A DNA stretch of 64,000 bases. Source: an uncultured virus (IMG/VR IMGVR_UViG_3300023227_000005). Its lineage: Duplodnaviria > Heunggongvirae > Uroviricota > Caudoviricetes. Numbering within the stretch: the stretch's first letter is position 1; each line of letters begins with the position of its first letter. The stretch lies in IMG/VR virus record IMGVR_UViG_3300023227_000005. One strand, 5' to 3'. The translations under genes and the position numbers were made by a program. Positions 28,597-37,116 of the stretch are shown in pieces. The notes beneath the pieces are model-generated. The model searched no databases. It worked only from the letters and a program-made list of their open reading frames with translations, and was not told the DNA's origin.

Positions 28597-30362
28597 ACTG
28601 CTACCTTACCAAAGTCAATCTTGTCAAGGGGGTTGTATCCTACGAGTCCCACCTTGTCGTGGGTCCAGTTGAAGATATCAAACTCATTAGGGGCCATTAA
28701 GTTTTGAACATTAGGGTCCAATTCAATAGAGGGCAAGGGTTGCGGCTCTCTTTGGACTTGCTCAATAGCTCCATCTAGTTGATTTTCATAGATATGACAG
28801 TCAACAAATACGCCTGATAGATTGCCCACTTCCAACCCGGCATCTGCGGCCAATAGGCTTAAAAGTAAGCCATAAGAAGCGATGTTGAAGGGCACGCCTA
28901 ACATCAGATCTGCACTACGCTGAGCCCAGAAGAGATTGACCTTGTTATCGATGACTGTGACATTCCAAGCATAGTGACAGGGTGGTAGGGCCATCATGTG
29001 GATCTGATTGGGGTTCCATGCGGAACAGACCATTCGTCTGTCCATAGGGTTGGTGCGAAGAGTCTCAACGATGTTGGCTAGTTGATTAGTGCCAGTCTTA
29101 ATCTTTGGCCTAGTATCTAAGTTTTCTTTTCTATGGAAACACCATCCACCATGGGTCTTTGTTTTGCTCTTTATAGAAGCTTCTACTGTTTTGACATTTA
29201 GATTGTATTTTCTACAGAATCTAGCTAAGCCATACTCGTTAAAGAACGTATTGTTGTTTGGGTCTACAGCGTCAAAATAGTATTGTTGGCTAGTATGATT
29301 AGCGTTGTCTTCTCTAGTGGTCCATTGACACCCCCTAAGTCCATAAAAGCCTAGTCCATTAATGTCTTTGTCTAAGTGGTATCCAGACCAATTATCTAAT
29401 TTAAACTTCCATCCGTTTACTCTTTGAATGTCTCTTAAAAAGTTCTCGAATATTAGCCAGTTATTGTGAACATAGATTCCGTAAGCACCATAATTTTTAT
29501 AATCTTTGTTGCTTTTATCATAGCATCTTTGGATCATTTGTCTCCATTGGTTTTTTATCGCCTCTACCGTGGATTCCTTATCTTCTTCATAGTGAAGATC
29601 TGGAATCTCAACATCTTTATACTCTCCCATGCAAGCGACACCGCATACCGATGGATAATATGGATCGTAGATTTTCCCTTCTTGTACTTGTGATTTACAC
29701 AAATTATCTTTTACAAATCCACTAGTATGAAACTTTACTGAGAACCTACAATTGCAATGCCTGTCTTTGCCGTCGTATGATACTACTGTGTATATCCCAT
29801 TTGTCCCATTGAATTCTTTGCCAACTAGATCGAATGGACAATTTTCACTCAGTGAGACCTTAATTGTCTTATTTAGTCCTGTTGTTATTTGTGGAACTGG
29901 AGCATAGTCTCCATCAAAATTAATCCAATTCGCACCATATATGGGACCAAGGCAATTAAGTTCTTTTTGGGCGGCTTTCTTTCGAGAGTTGTATTCTGCA
30001 TTAGATTCTTCATGACTCATTGTGTCGTCGTGAGAGTATTCCTGCATATACTGGTGCCCCTCTACCGCCTCGGGGTTACACCATTCTGACCAAATCTTAC
30101 AGTTTCGGTCTTGAAACCACTGCTTGTCTGTGATCCCTTTGATAAATCCTTCAAGTTCGACTCTGATTGCTTTCCAAGCCATCTTTTTCGTCGTAAGTAA
30201 AGGAAACCCATCCCGCATTTCGTGAGAAAAGAAAACGTTAGGTACAGCTTTAGTCCTAATACCCCCATCTACTGGCTCCCATGTGTTACCGACTTTTCTG
30301 ACTGGAGACTTCCACTTGCCGTCTTCCAAAACCCTACTTACCATATCAATGTATTGTTTCAT
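28593..30362 (-). CDS. thyA: Thymidylate synthase with in-frame HNH endonuclease insertion
   Basis: GFPLLTTKK, LGPIYG, RRMVCSAWNP, ALPPCH, QRSADLMLGVPFNIASY, DCHIYENQ; ~270 extra aa. Confidence 0.95.
   Translation of the reverse strand: MKQYIDMVSRVLEDGKWKSPVRKVGNTWEPVDGGIRTKAVPNVFFSHEMRDGFPLLTTKKMAWKAIRVELEGFIKGITDKQWFQDRNCKIWSEWCNPEAVEGHQYMQEYSHDDTMSHEESNAEYNSRKKAAQKELNCLGPIYGANWINFDGDYAPVPQITTGLNKTIKVSLSENCPFDLVGKEFNGTNGIYTVVSYDGKDRHCNCRFSVKFHTSGFVKDNLCKSQVQEGKIYDPYYPSVCGVACMGEYKDVEIPDLHYEEDKESTVEAIKNQWRQMIQRCYDKSNKDYKNYGAYGIYVHNNWLIFENFLRDIQRVNGWKFKLDNWSGYHLDKDINGLGFYGLRGCQWTTREDNANHTSQQYYFDAVDPNNNTFFNEYGLARFCRKYNLNVKTVEASIKSKTKTHGGWCFHRKENLDTRPKIKTGTNQLANIVETLRTNPMDRRMVCSAWNPNQIHMMALPPCHYAWNVTVIDNKVNLFWAQRSADLMLGVPFNIASYGLLLSLLAADAGLEVGNLSGVFVDCHIYENQLDGAIEQVQREPQPLPSIELDPNVQNLMAPNEFDIFNWTHDKVGLVGYNPLDKIDFGKVAV
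29094..29903 (-). mobile_element. In-frame HNH endonuclease insertion within thyA (approximate boundaries)
   Basis: WRQMIQRCY..YKNYGAYGIYV..W..FENF..HLDKD..CQWTTREDNAN followed by NUMOD1/HTH-like LARFCRKYNLN..THGGWCF; more AT-rich than flanks. Confidence 0.85.
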
Positions 30363-30543
30363 CTTATCCTCCTAATTCTTCCACGATGTCGTTCATACTG
30401 TCTGTAATGTCATTCACGTAGTTTGTGAAGTAGTCTTCAATCTCTATTTCCGTAAAGTAGCGAGGATGATTTTACTCCTTCGTGATCTACATTCAAAGAC
30501 CCAGCCATGACTTCTAAAATTGTGTATGGAGCCATGTTAACTC

Positions 30544-30996
30544 CTAACCTGCTTGAATGATTTCTTCAATAACTTCACCTAGATCTTCTCTAAGCTCTAC
30601 TCCATACTCTTGGCATGTTATTTCTAAATTCTTTCTTCGGAAATACCCCTGGGGGCACACAACAGCAAGAAAAACATCTCTCTCAAGAGCTTGACCTAGT
30701 TCCAACAGTGTTACTGGAGACTTGGTATTAGGATCAAAATAAAACAAGATGTACTCAACCCGTCTCAAGTAGTGCTGTTCCCATAGAATTTGTGCTTCTA
30801 GTTCAGGACTGTCTTCTGTCCAGCTACTATCCCAGTCGTCCCTTCTTGGGTCGTAGACGTTGTACAGGTGGCCAATTTGTGCCCCTACTCTCTTTTGCCA
30901 CTCTTCTGCGACCCCCATTTCAATGGAGCCAGCTAGAAATACAGAGGGCAAGCTTTCGTCTCTCTCTGTGTCTGTTCCTGGTTTAATTACGGGCAT
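30544..30996 (-). CDS. Nucleoside 2-deoxyribosyltransferase-like protein
   Basis: VFLAGSIEMG.AEEWQ, PRRDDWD, QILWE, SPVTLLELG. Confidence 0.85.
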   Translation of the reverse strand: MPVIKPGTDTERDESLPSVFLAGSIEMGVAEEWQKRVGAQIGHLYNVYDPRRDDWDSSWTEDSPELEAQILWEQHYLRRVEYILFYFDPNTKSPVTLLELGQALERDVFLAVVCPQGYFRRKNLEITCQEYGVELREDLGEVIEEIIQAG

Positions 30997-31127
30997 CTTT
31001 CACCTTTGGCCATTCGTTGTAAATGTCTGTCGCCCCGCATACTTTGTTCTTAATCTTTCTGGCGTGTCTTTTCTCCACGGCCACTATTACTTCATGAATC
31101 TCTTGCTTTTGTTTTTTTTTCTTCTTT

Positions 31128-31409
31128 CTAGGCAGAGTGCTTCTTCCTTGTGACCCATTGAATTATTCTCTCTATAGTGGAGGGTTCTTTGTGTTTGCCA
31201 ATGTCAAAGGCGTGATTAGCAATGTGAATCATATCTCCACCACCAATTAGTGCGATCTCCCTAAATCCAGCTTCCATGTCTTTTGTAAAAGGTATACCAG
31301 ACATGTAGAACTTAGTACCGTAGGCTGGACACATCTTGTGCGTCCCTTCTCTACAGCAGCCTCGACACTTGTCAAAGTCTTCATGCCAAATATCAAGTGG
31401 TTTTTGCAT
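31128..31409 (-). CDS. Hypothetical protein
   Basis: 93-aa ORF in operon. Confidence 0.5.
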   Translation of the reverse strand: MQKPLDIWHEDFDKCRGCCREGTHKMCPAYGTKFYMSGIPFTKDMEAGFREIALIGGGDMIHIANHAFDIGKHKEPSTIERIIQWVTRKKHSA

Positions 31410-32172
31410 CTTGGTTTCTCGCTAATACAGGAACATACCCCTTCCTAAGAATCCAGTTAAAGTACTGAAACATCCCCTGACTAGCATCACCCAGCCGAGA
31501 AGTGGCGTTCATGTCTTCTCCATACTTACTTCCATTTAACGAGCCCCAAAGTTCTTTGTTGTCTTTTGGGTGCTTAGGAACGTAAGTGTTACAATTTGCC
31601 GTATTCCAAGCTGCGTAAGAGATATTGATATCCTCCCCATAGTTCAACGGTAGAACATCTGGAGCATCTATCCAGAAGGCTTTCAAGAGGGTCTTGTGGA
31701 AGAACCAACAGTGTCCACCAAAGTCTACCTGTTCTATCTTCTCGTTTTGACTTGGCCAACCAACTGCGTCATAGCTTTCGGGCATTGGATAGTTGTTGCT
31801 CTTTATCCTCACTCCACGAGTAGTCAAAACAGCTTGATTACCAATCTCTTCAATTGTGTCAATGCAGTTCTCAATCCAACACTTACCTGGGATCGTGTCG
31901 TCATCTGCGACACACACGTAGGAGGTGTCTGCATTAAGAGCGTAGGCAAACCTAGCCCACACACCCATGTTGCTATTGGCGATAGCCGACTTGGAGCCAT
32001 CTACAACATAGCGATCAAAGGAGTCTTCAATTGTGTTCTTGCCGTCGTAGTTGCCCCAGAAGAGAAACTTGGGCGTTCCCGTCGACTGGTTTCTGTAGGC
32101 TTCGTATTGTTCTTTTGCAGCGTGGGGTCTCTTAAACCCGTTCATCACCACTGTTACCGATGTATCTGGCAT
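31393..32172 (-). CDS. GT-A fold (GT2-like) glycosyltransferase
   Basis: VTVVMNGFKR, YVCVADDDTIPG DxD motif, VDFGGH, GEDINISY; start moved to MPDT. Confidence 0.8.
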   Translation of the reverse strand: MPDTSVTVVMNGFKRPHAAKEQYEAYRNQSTGTPKFLFWGNYDGKNTIEDSFDRYVVDGSKSAIANSNMGVWARFAYALNADTSYVCVADDDTIPGKCWIENCIDTIEEIGNQAVLTTRGVRIKSNNYPMPESYDAVGWPSQNEKIEQVDFGGHCWFFHKTLLKAFWIDAPDVLPLNYGEDINISYAAWNTANCNTYVPKHPKDNKELWGSLNGSKYGEDMNATSRLGDASQGMFQYFNWILRKGYVPVLARNQDAKTT

Positions 32173-32929
32173 CTTTTTCTCCATAAGGGCCGTTTTCGCC
32201 AATCTTTTCGAGTAAGGCTGTCACTCTATTATAGGGAGAATGGCCCGATTCGACAACCTCTTTTTGTAAAAATACCGGATTTCCCTCTCGCTGAATCAAT
32301 CCACACTTTCCACCGTAGTAGGCCGCGTCGAAAAACACTTGATTAGACTTTGTTACAATGATCTCTTCGTAGTTTTGGTAAAGCTTTGACAATACCGCAA
32401 TGCTCACATACTCATCAACTTGATTAGAAGCTTTCATATCAATAGAGTTTGTTAAGACGTGATACGTCTCTCTATCTTCAAACAACGGACTAACCAAGTC
32501 AAGTTCTTGTTGAGAGTCTACAATAAATAGCGTCTCTATGGCATATCTTGGAACTTTAAGTCCAGGTGTATCCTTTAGGTAAAAATCAGCACAAGGGGCG
32601 ACAACGTCTATGTCTGGCAGCATTTTGTAGTTTTGAAAACAGTAATGGTTCTCCATCATGTCGTCAATAACCTGTAGGTGCTGTGGCGTGGCTCCGGTGA
32701 CGTTAATTACAGTCTTGATCCCCTCTCCTTTGGTTCTCTTTGCAATGTCTTTAGTCAGCATTAGATAATGAGTAAAAAAGATATCTGGCTTAAAGTCATC
32801 AAAGACATCAAAGGCACTTTCTTGGTTATTCCAAAACTTTACCTCGTTGCCCTCTTCTCTTAGGAACTTAGCAATATAGATCGCCTCAGTTGAAATTTCT
32901 GACGAATAGTTGTGTACCAATGTTCTCAT
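32132..32929 (-). CDS. Divergent GT-B-like protein
   Basis: FDDFKPDIFF N-terminal Rossmann-like motif, C-terminal HSPYNRV; within GT cluster. Confidence 0.45.
   Translation of the reverse strand: MRTLVHNYSSEISTEAIYIAKFLREEGNEVKFWNNQESAFDVFDDFKPDIFFTHYLMLTKDIAKRTKGEGIKTVINVTGATPQHLQVIDDMMENHYCFQNYKMLPDIDVVAPCADFYLKDTPGLKVPRYAIETLFIVDSQQELDLVSPLFEDRETYHVLTNSIDMKASNQVDEYVSIAVLSKLYQNYEEIIVTKSNQVFFDAAYYGGKCGLIQREGNPVFLQKEVVESGHSPYNRVTALLEKIGENGPYGEKDARYIGNSGDERV
32228..32256 (-). promoter_or_regulatory. sigma70-like promoter TTGTCG-17-TATAAT
   Basis: GGTTGTCG..17 nt..TATAATAGAG, 56 bp upstream of the GT2-like start. Confidence 0.55.
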
Positions 32930-33677
32930 ATCTATCTTTAACCCTGTGGTATGTTTTGATGTTGTCAATTTTCACCGCCTTGTCTTTTGTCATTACTTGG
33001 TGAAGATTGTATTTAGTCTTATTGAACTCATTCAAGGCCTCAAAGATCAGTTTGTTCTTAAAGGCTTCTGTAGAGACAATCCTTCTTAGGGACTCTATTG
33101 TCTCTCTGCTGTGCAAGTAAAAGATCTCGGACCACAAGTCGGTTAACCCATAGGACATATTCGTAACAAGTCCATTTTCATCACATACGCTGCCAATCTC
33201 TAACGTAGACTTTTTCTTGCCACGCTTATGACTTAGGATGTATGGCACCTCTTCGTGTATCTTAACCAGTTCAGGATATAGAACCAACTCCCCGTTGCAA
33301 ACCAATAGCGAATCCGAAGACACGTTGTTTAAGCACAATCTGAGAGTCTCACAGCAATTGGTCTCGTCGAAGAGTTGGTTCTCTACTATCCTGATGTTTT
33401 GGTTCTTATACTTCGTCTTTATGTGTCTTGAGACACGGTCAGCTTCAAAGCCGCAACAGACTATGATCTCATAGTTCTTATGTACGGCTCTAATCGCTTC
33501 AATTTGAATGTCAAGCAAGCAGTGCGACCCGACGCAAAGTAGTGATGGCGGACCATAGGACTTCATCCTATAGCCAGGCTTGGCAGACAAGATAGCAATT
33601 GTTACCTTGTCCCCTTTCTTTCTATTCTTTTTATCGCCTCTCGCTGACGTTATAGAGTTGACTCTGTTTCTTGGCAT
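32886..33677 (-). CDS. Nucleotidyltransferase-like protein (LicC/MobA/GlmU superfamily), divergent
   Basis: IAILSAKPGYRMKSYGPPSLL, IIVCCGFEAD, ENQLFDETN, LVCNGELV. Confidence 0.7.
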   Translation of the reverse strand: MPRNRVNSITSARGDKKNRKKGDKVTIAILSAKPGYRMKSYGPPSLLCVGSHCLLDIQIEAIRAVHKNYEIIVCCGFEADRVSRHIKTKYKNQNIRIVENQLFDETNCCETLRLCLNNVSSDSLLVCNGELVLYPELVKIHEEVPYILSHKRGKKKSTLEIGSVCDENGLVTNMSYGLTDLWSEIFYLHSRETIESLRRIVSTEAFKNKLIFEALNEFNKTKYNLHQVMTKDKAVKIDNIKTYHRVKDRYENIGTQLFVRNFN

Positions 33678-33678
33678 G

Positions 33679-34416
33679 TTAGAACTTCTTATAGAGATTG
33701 GCAGTCTTTGCTCCATCCAAAAGACTATCCTCGAAATCTTGGTACGTCTTTCCATCACTCATTTGATAGAATTTTAGAGCAGAGGACATAACCATTACAC
33801 TGTCAGACTTGGAGGCGACAATGAAAACCCCATAGTTTACAGAGAAATCATATTCGATTGCTCTCATTAGATCTTCTGTCCACGGAGTCACTGGAGACAT
33901 AGAGAAGAACTTCCCTTTGACATATCTCAATAGTTCCGCATCAATCTCTGGCTTGGTCAGATCGTCGTGGTACTGGATAACGCGGAACTTCTTCTTACCC
34001 ATCCATTCGTGGACCATCTGAGAGACAATATCCTTATTGTCATAAGTGCCCCTATGTGCCAAAATCACGTCAACACTTTCGTAGTAGAAAATGCTTCTGA
34101 GACTAGTTTGTAGTTCAAGCAATTGAGGCCTAGTGTACTCATCAACGTCTAAGATTAGTGTGAAACTTGGACGTAGCTCTTCTCTAATCTTTTCTAGGTT
34201 TGCTTCGCCCCAGCTTGGAGGCCTATAAGAAGGACAAACCCCTTTGATGACATAGAATTCCTTTTCATTGTCAGTGGCTTCTGTGACCTTGTCTGCTGCA
34301 AAAGATTCCAGCCTCTTGGCCTTGCATCCAGACTGATTGTCTCCATCGTATACGGCGAACACGCAGTCTTTACAGATGGTCTCTAGTGATTGTTTACCTT
34401 GTGGCTGTAACGTCAT
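33679..34416 (-). CDS. Hypothetical protein with N-terminal Cys cluster, possibly degenerate GT-A
   Basis: CKDCVFA..GC..CPSYR; in GT cluster. Confidence 0.55.
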   Translation of the reverse strand: MTLQPQGKQSLETICKDCVFAVYDGDNQSGCKAKRLESFAADKVTEATDNEKEFYVIKGVCPSYRPPSWGEANLEKIREELRPSFTLILDVDEYTRPQLLELQTSLRSIFYYESVDVILAHRGTYDNKDIVSQMVHEWMGKKKFRVIQYHDDLTKPEIDAELLRYVKGKFFSMSPVTPWTEDLMRAIEYDFSVNYGVFIVASKSDSVMVMSSALKFYQMSDGKTYQDFEDSLLDGAKTANLYKKF

Positions 34417-34807
34417 AGTTGAATCCGTTGAGTGTTAGAGTTTCAATTTGTAGTCCAGATCTGCGAATGATCTCTTTTACTGTTGGGACTGACAAGAGAG
34501 AACGGCAAGAATACACAATGGTGTTGAAGTCTTGGTCGTTCATCTTCCCCTTGATAAGTGCCCGACACAGCATCCTAGCATCTACTCCATTAAACCTTAA
34601 CAGCCCACCACGTCTAAGTTTGCACGATAGGGCGGTCAAGAATCCGATTGAAGCCTCAAGGGGCAGACTTGCAAAACAGTTCTGTACTGAGATCTCTTCA
34701 CACTCGTTGTCTGAAATGTGGTCAAGATTAACATCTACGCCTGTCATATAGACAAACTCATACCCGGTTGGTCCCTTCTCGCCTGGGTTCAAAATCATTA
34801 GTTTCAT
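34394..34807 (-). CDS. Degenerate SAM-methyltransferase-like protein
   Basis: DNECEEI...KLRRGGLL resembles class I MTase motifs; glycine-rich motif I is atypical. Confidence 0.45.
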   Translation of the reverse strand: MKLMILNPGEKGPTGYEFVYMTGVDVNLDHISDNECEEISVQNCFASLPLEASIGFLTALSCKLRRGGLLRFNGVDARMLCRALIKGKMNDQDFNTIVYSCRSLLSVPTVKEIIRRSGLQIETLTLNGFNYDVTATR

Positions 34808-35799
34808 AAACTTGCCTCGTATGTTTTGGTGAAGATTTCATTCCACTCTTGAACAAATCTGTCCGAAGAGCATTTATCAAGAACTGTCTGCCTAGCGGCC
34901 TTTCCTAGTTTCTTGGCGTAGTCAGGGTCTCTAGCGAGCCTGTCAAGAGCCTTAGAAGCTTCCTCTGAGGTATTGGCGATTAAACCATTAACGCCGTCCT
35001 CGACGAACTCAGAGATCCCACAGGTGCCAGTAGTGACAACTGGACACTCACAAGCCATCGCCTCTAGGAGACTCATCGGCATTGGGCTGTCCAGGGTTGT
35101 GTTCAGATAAGCTTGGCACTCGCTGTAATAGAACGCCAGTCTTTCTGAATTGCCCTCACTAACAAACGTGTCATTGATTTGATCGCTGTTTTTTCCAATA
35201 ACAGTCATCATGTACTTTTCAGTATTGTAAAGCTCTTCCCACATCTTGTAGTTTAAGCAATAGTCTCTAGCCTTATAGTCGTTTGCTACTGTTAAGATGT
35301 ATTTGCCCGTCCTTTCTGTTTTTGGACTAAAGACATCTGAGTCAACACAGTGATGAATCACATTGTTGTTTTTCTGAATACCAACACTAGACCAAACATA
35401 GTTTGAATGATGCGTAATGAAGATATTAACATCACCAATCATGGCCCCCATTTGATTCAAAGCGGATTGGCTCAAGTCAATTGTGGGCGTTGTGTGCTCA
35501 AGGGCAATGATGGGGATCTGTAGCTTTTGATTGATCTGATTGGCTAGATCAAACTGCCCAAACCTGTTCTGTGACAAGATCAAGTCGTACCCATCGTAGG
35601 GATAGAACTTGTCTAGTGGCATAAGGTGATAGTTGTCTAGTCCATAGTCTTCAACCGCCCCCATACCCTTAATGTTTGCAGCATAGAAGTTGTGACCAGT
35701 CTTGGCCAACTCTGTCTCGTATCTACGGTGAGTACAAAACGTTAATATATTTAATTTTTTCTTAGGTTCTCTTCTAACGTAATTAACTACATTTGTCAT
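34804..35799 (-). CDS. GT4 family glycosyltransferase
   Basis: VIHHCVDSDVF, SPMPMSLLEAMACECPVVTT, EDGVNG. Confidence 0.9.
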   Translation of the reverse strand: MTNVVNYVRREPKKKLNILTFCTHRRYETELAKTGHNFYAANIKGMGAVEDYGLDNYHLMPLDKFYPYDGYDLILSQNRFGQFDLANQINQKLQIPIIALEHTTPTIDLSQSALNQMGAMIGDVNIFITHHSNYVWSSVGIQKNNNVIHHCVDSDVFSPKTERTGKYILTVANDYKARDYCLNYKMWEELYNTEKYMMTVIGKNSDQINDTFVSEGNSERLAFYYSECQAYLNTTLDSPMPMSLLEAMACECPVVTTGTCGISEFVEDGVNGLIANTSEEASKALDRLARDPDYAKKLGKAARQTVLDKCSSDRFVQEWNEIFTKTYEASL

Positions 35800-35881
35800 T
35801 GTTTTCTGTTATCCTTTTACATAGTTCCAAAAAGTAATCTTGATCGTGAGTCCATTTCATATAATTCACATGCTTGTTATG
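35783..35881 (-). pseudogene. 3' stump of an HNH homing endonuclease gene
   Basis: Hand translation HNKHVNYMKWTHDQDYFLELCKRITENN aligns with HKYVNNMKMSLDQGAFIRMCKKISENN (28258 gene). Confidence 0.7.
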
Positions 35882-36983
35882 CTAGAAGTAGCTCCTTCAT
35901 TGTGTTGCCGACCAATTGGTGCGAGAAGTCCTTCGCCCTCTTTAAGCCTCTGGATCTTCTGTCCACTCTGTTCTCGTAGTAGTGTCGCATTGTTCTCTTG
36001 GCTTCGCTTTCGTCTATCTGCCTCCAGGTATCCCTAGCGGTAAACAAGTCTGGGAATGCAGCATCAACAGAATCGCACACAGAAGACTGACAAGAAACAC
36101 AGTAACCAACCTCGTCTTCATCCCACTGAATGTACTCGCTAGTTCCAGGTAGGTCTGTCACAATGGGAGTATTGCCAAACGCCATCGCATCAAAGGCTGG
36201 AATCGACCAAGCTTCTCCGTGTGAGAAGTTAAGGAAGCAATCACCATACTGATGAAGAGACATTATTTGATCTTCTGTGCTATGGCCGGTGATAACAAAT
36301 TCTTTGTGATAGTCTTCTTTGTTTGAATACAGCCTAGATCTAATCTTTATGTTATTACAAAGCCCTTCAATCTGATGTTTAACCTTTTCTGCTGGGATGT
36401 TGAACTTATTAAGCTTCAATATCAGAGAAACAGGCTCAGACCTATCGAACTCGGAGTGAAAGCACCTAACCACCGATTCGATGTTCTTTCGATCATTAAA
36501 ATCAGAGATACAGTAGAATTTAAACGTGTGGTCGGCACCTGGAATCTTAACTTCTGGATATGACTTAGCATACTTAGTAGGATCACAACAGTGATGCACA
36601 ACAGAAGCCTTAAAGCCTTCCATAGACAAGTCACTCCTAAGGCCGTCGTTAGGAACCCAAAGTTCATCTACTAGTTGTAGGTGACTGTTCCAGTCTAAGT
36701 GATTGGTCTCATATGTTTCAGAAACAAAGTAGGCTATGTTCTTCTTATACTTAGTAGTGCCCACTAGATGGTGGGGCAATACATGTTGCACACAATGAGT
36801 AGCGTCGTGACAATCCTTACGCTCAAACTCTACCAACTCCGGTGGAGTATTAACTTGTCCGGTAAGGTCAATGTTGCGACACACAACATCAACACCAGCG
36901 GCGTCGAGAGCTAAAATGTTGTCAAGTGCTGCTCGCCCCCACCCTGTCGGCTCATTTTGGTGACCCAAGTATAGCACTTTCAT
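35877..36983 (-). CDS. GT4 family glycosyltransferase
   Basis: MKVLYLG..TGWG, DRKNIE, SHGEAWSIPAFDAMAFGNTPI; start moved to MKVLY. Confidence 0.9.
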   Translation of the reverse strand: MKVLYLGHQNEPTGWGRAALDNILALDAAGVDVVCRNIDLTGQVNTPPELVEFERKDCHDATHCVQHVLPHHLVGTTKYKKNIAYFVSETYETNHLDWNSHLQLVDELWVPNDGLRSDLSMEGFKASVVHHCCDPTKYAKSYPEVKIPGADHTFKFYCISDFNDRKNIESVVRCFHSEFDRSEPVSLILKLNKFNIPAEKVKHQIEGLCNNIKIRSRLYSNKEDYHKEFVITGHSTEDQIMSLHQYGDCFLNFSHGEAWSIPAFDAMAFGNTPIVTDLPGTSEYIQWDEDEVGYCVSCQSSVCDSVDAAFPDLFTARDTWRQIDESEAKRTMRHYYENRVDRRSRGLKRAKDFSHQLVGNTMKELLLA

Positions 36984-37090
36984 TTTTGAGCTTCCACTAT
37001 TTTTTTGCAGACCCGAATGAAGTCTGACTGATTCATGTCCATTTTCATTCTGTTTACGTCTCTCGTTACCCATTGGCAATTTTCCTTTGT
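36980..37090 (-). pseudogene. 3' stump of an HNH homing endonuclease gene
   Basis: Hand translation TKENCQWVTRDVNRMKMDMNQSDFIRVCKKIVEAQK*; stop overlaps next ATG (ATGA). Confidence 0.75.
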
Positions 37091-37116
37091 ATGGAGATAT
37101 GGTTACTTCTCGTATT

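Noticed and set aside
28593..30362. ThyA homolog as dCMP hydroxymethylase supplying a handle for the glycosyltransferases
   Set aside because: It keeps the dUMP-specifying Asn (PFNIASY) and canonical ThyA motifs
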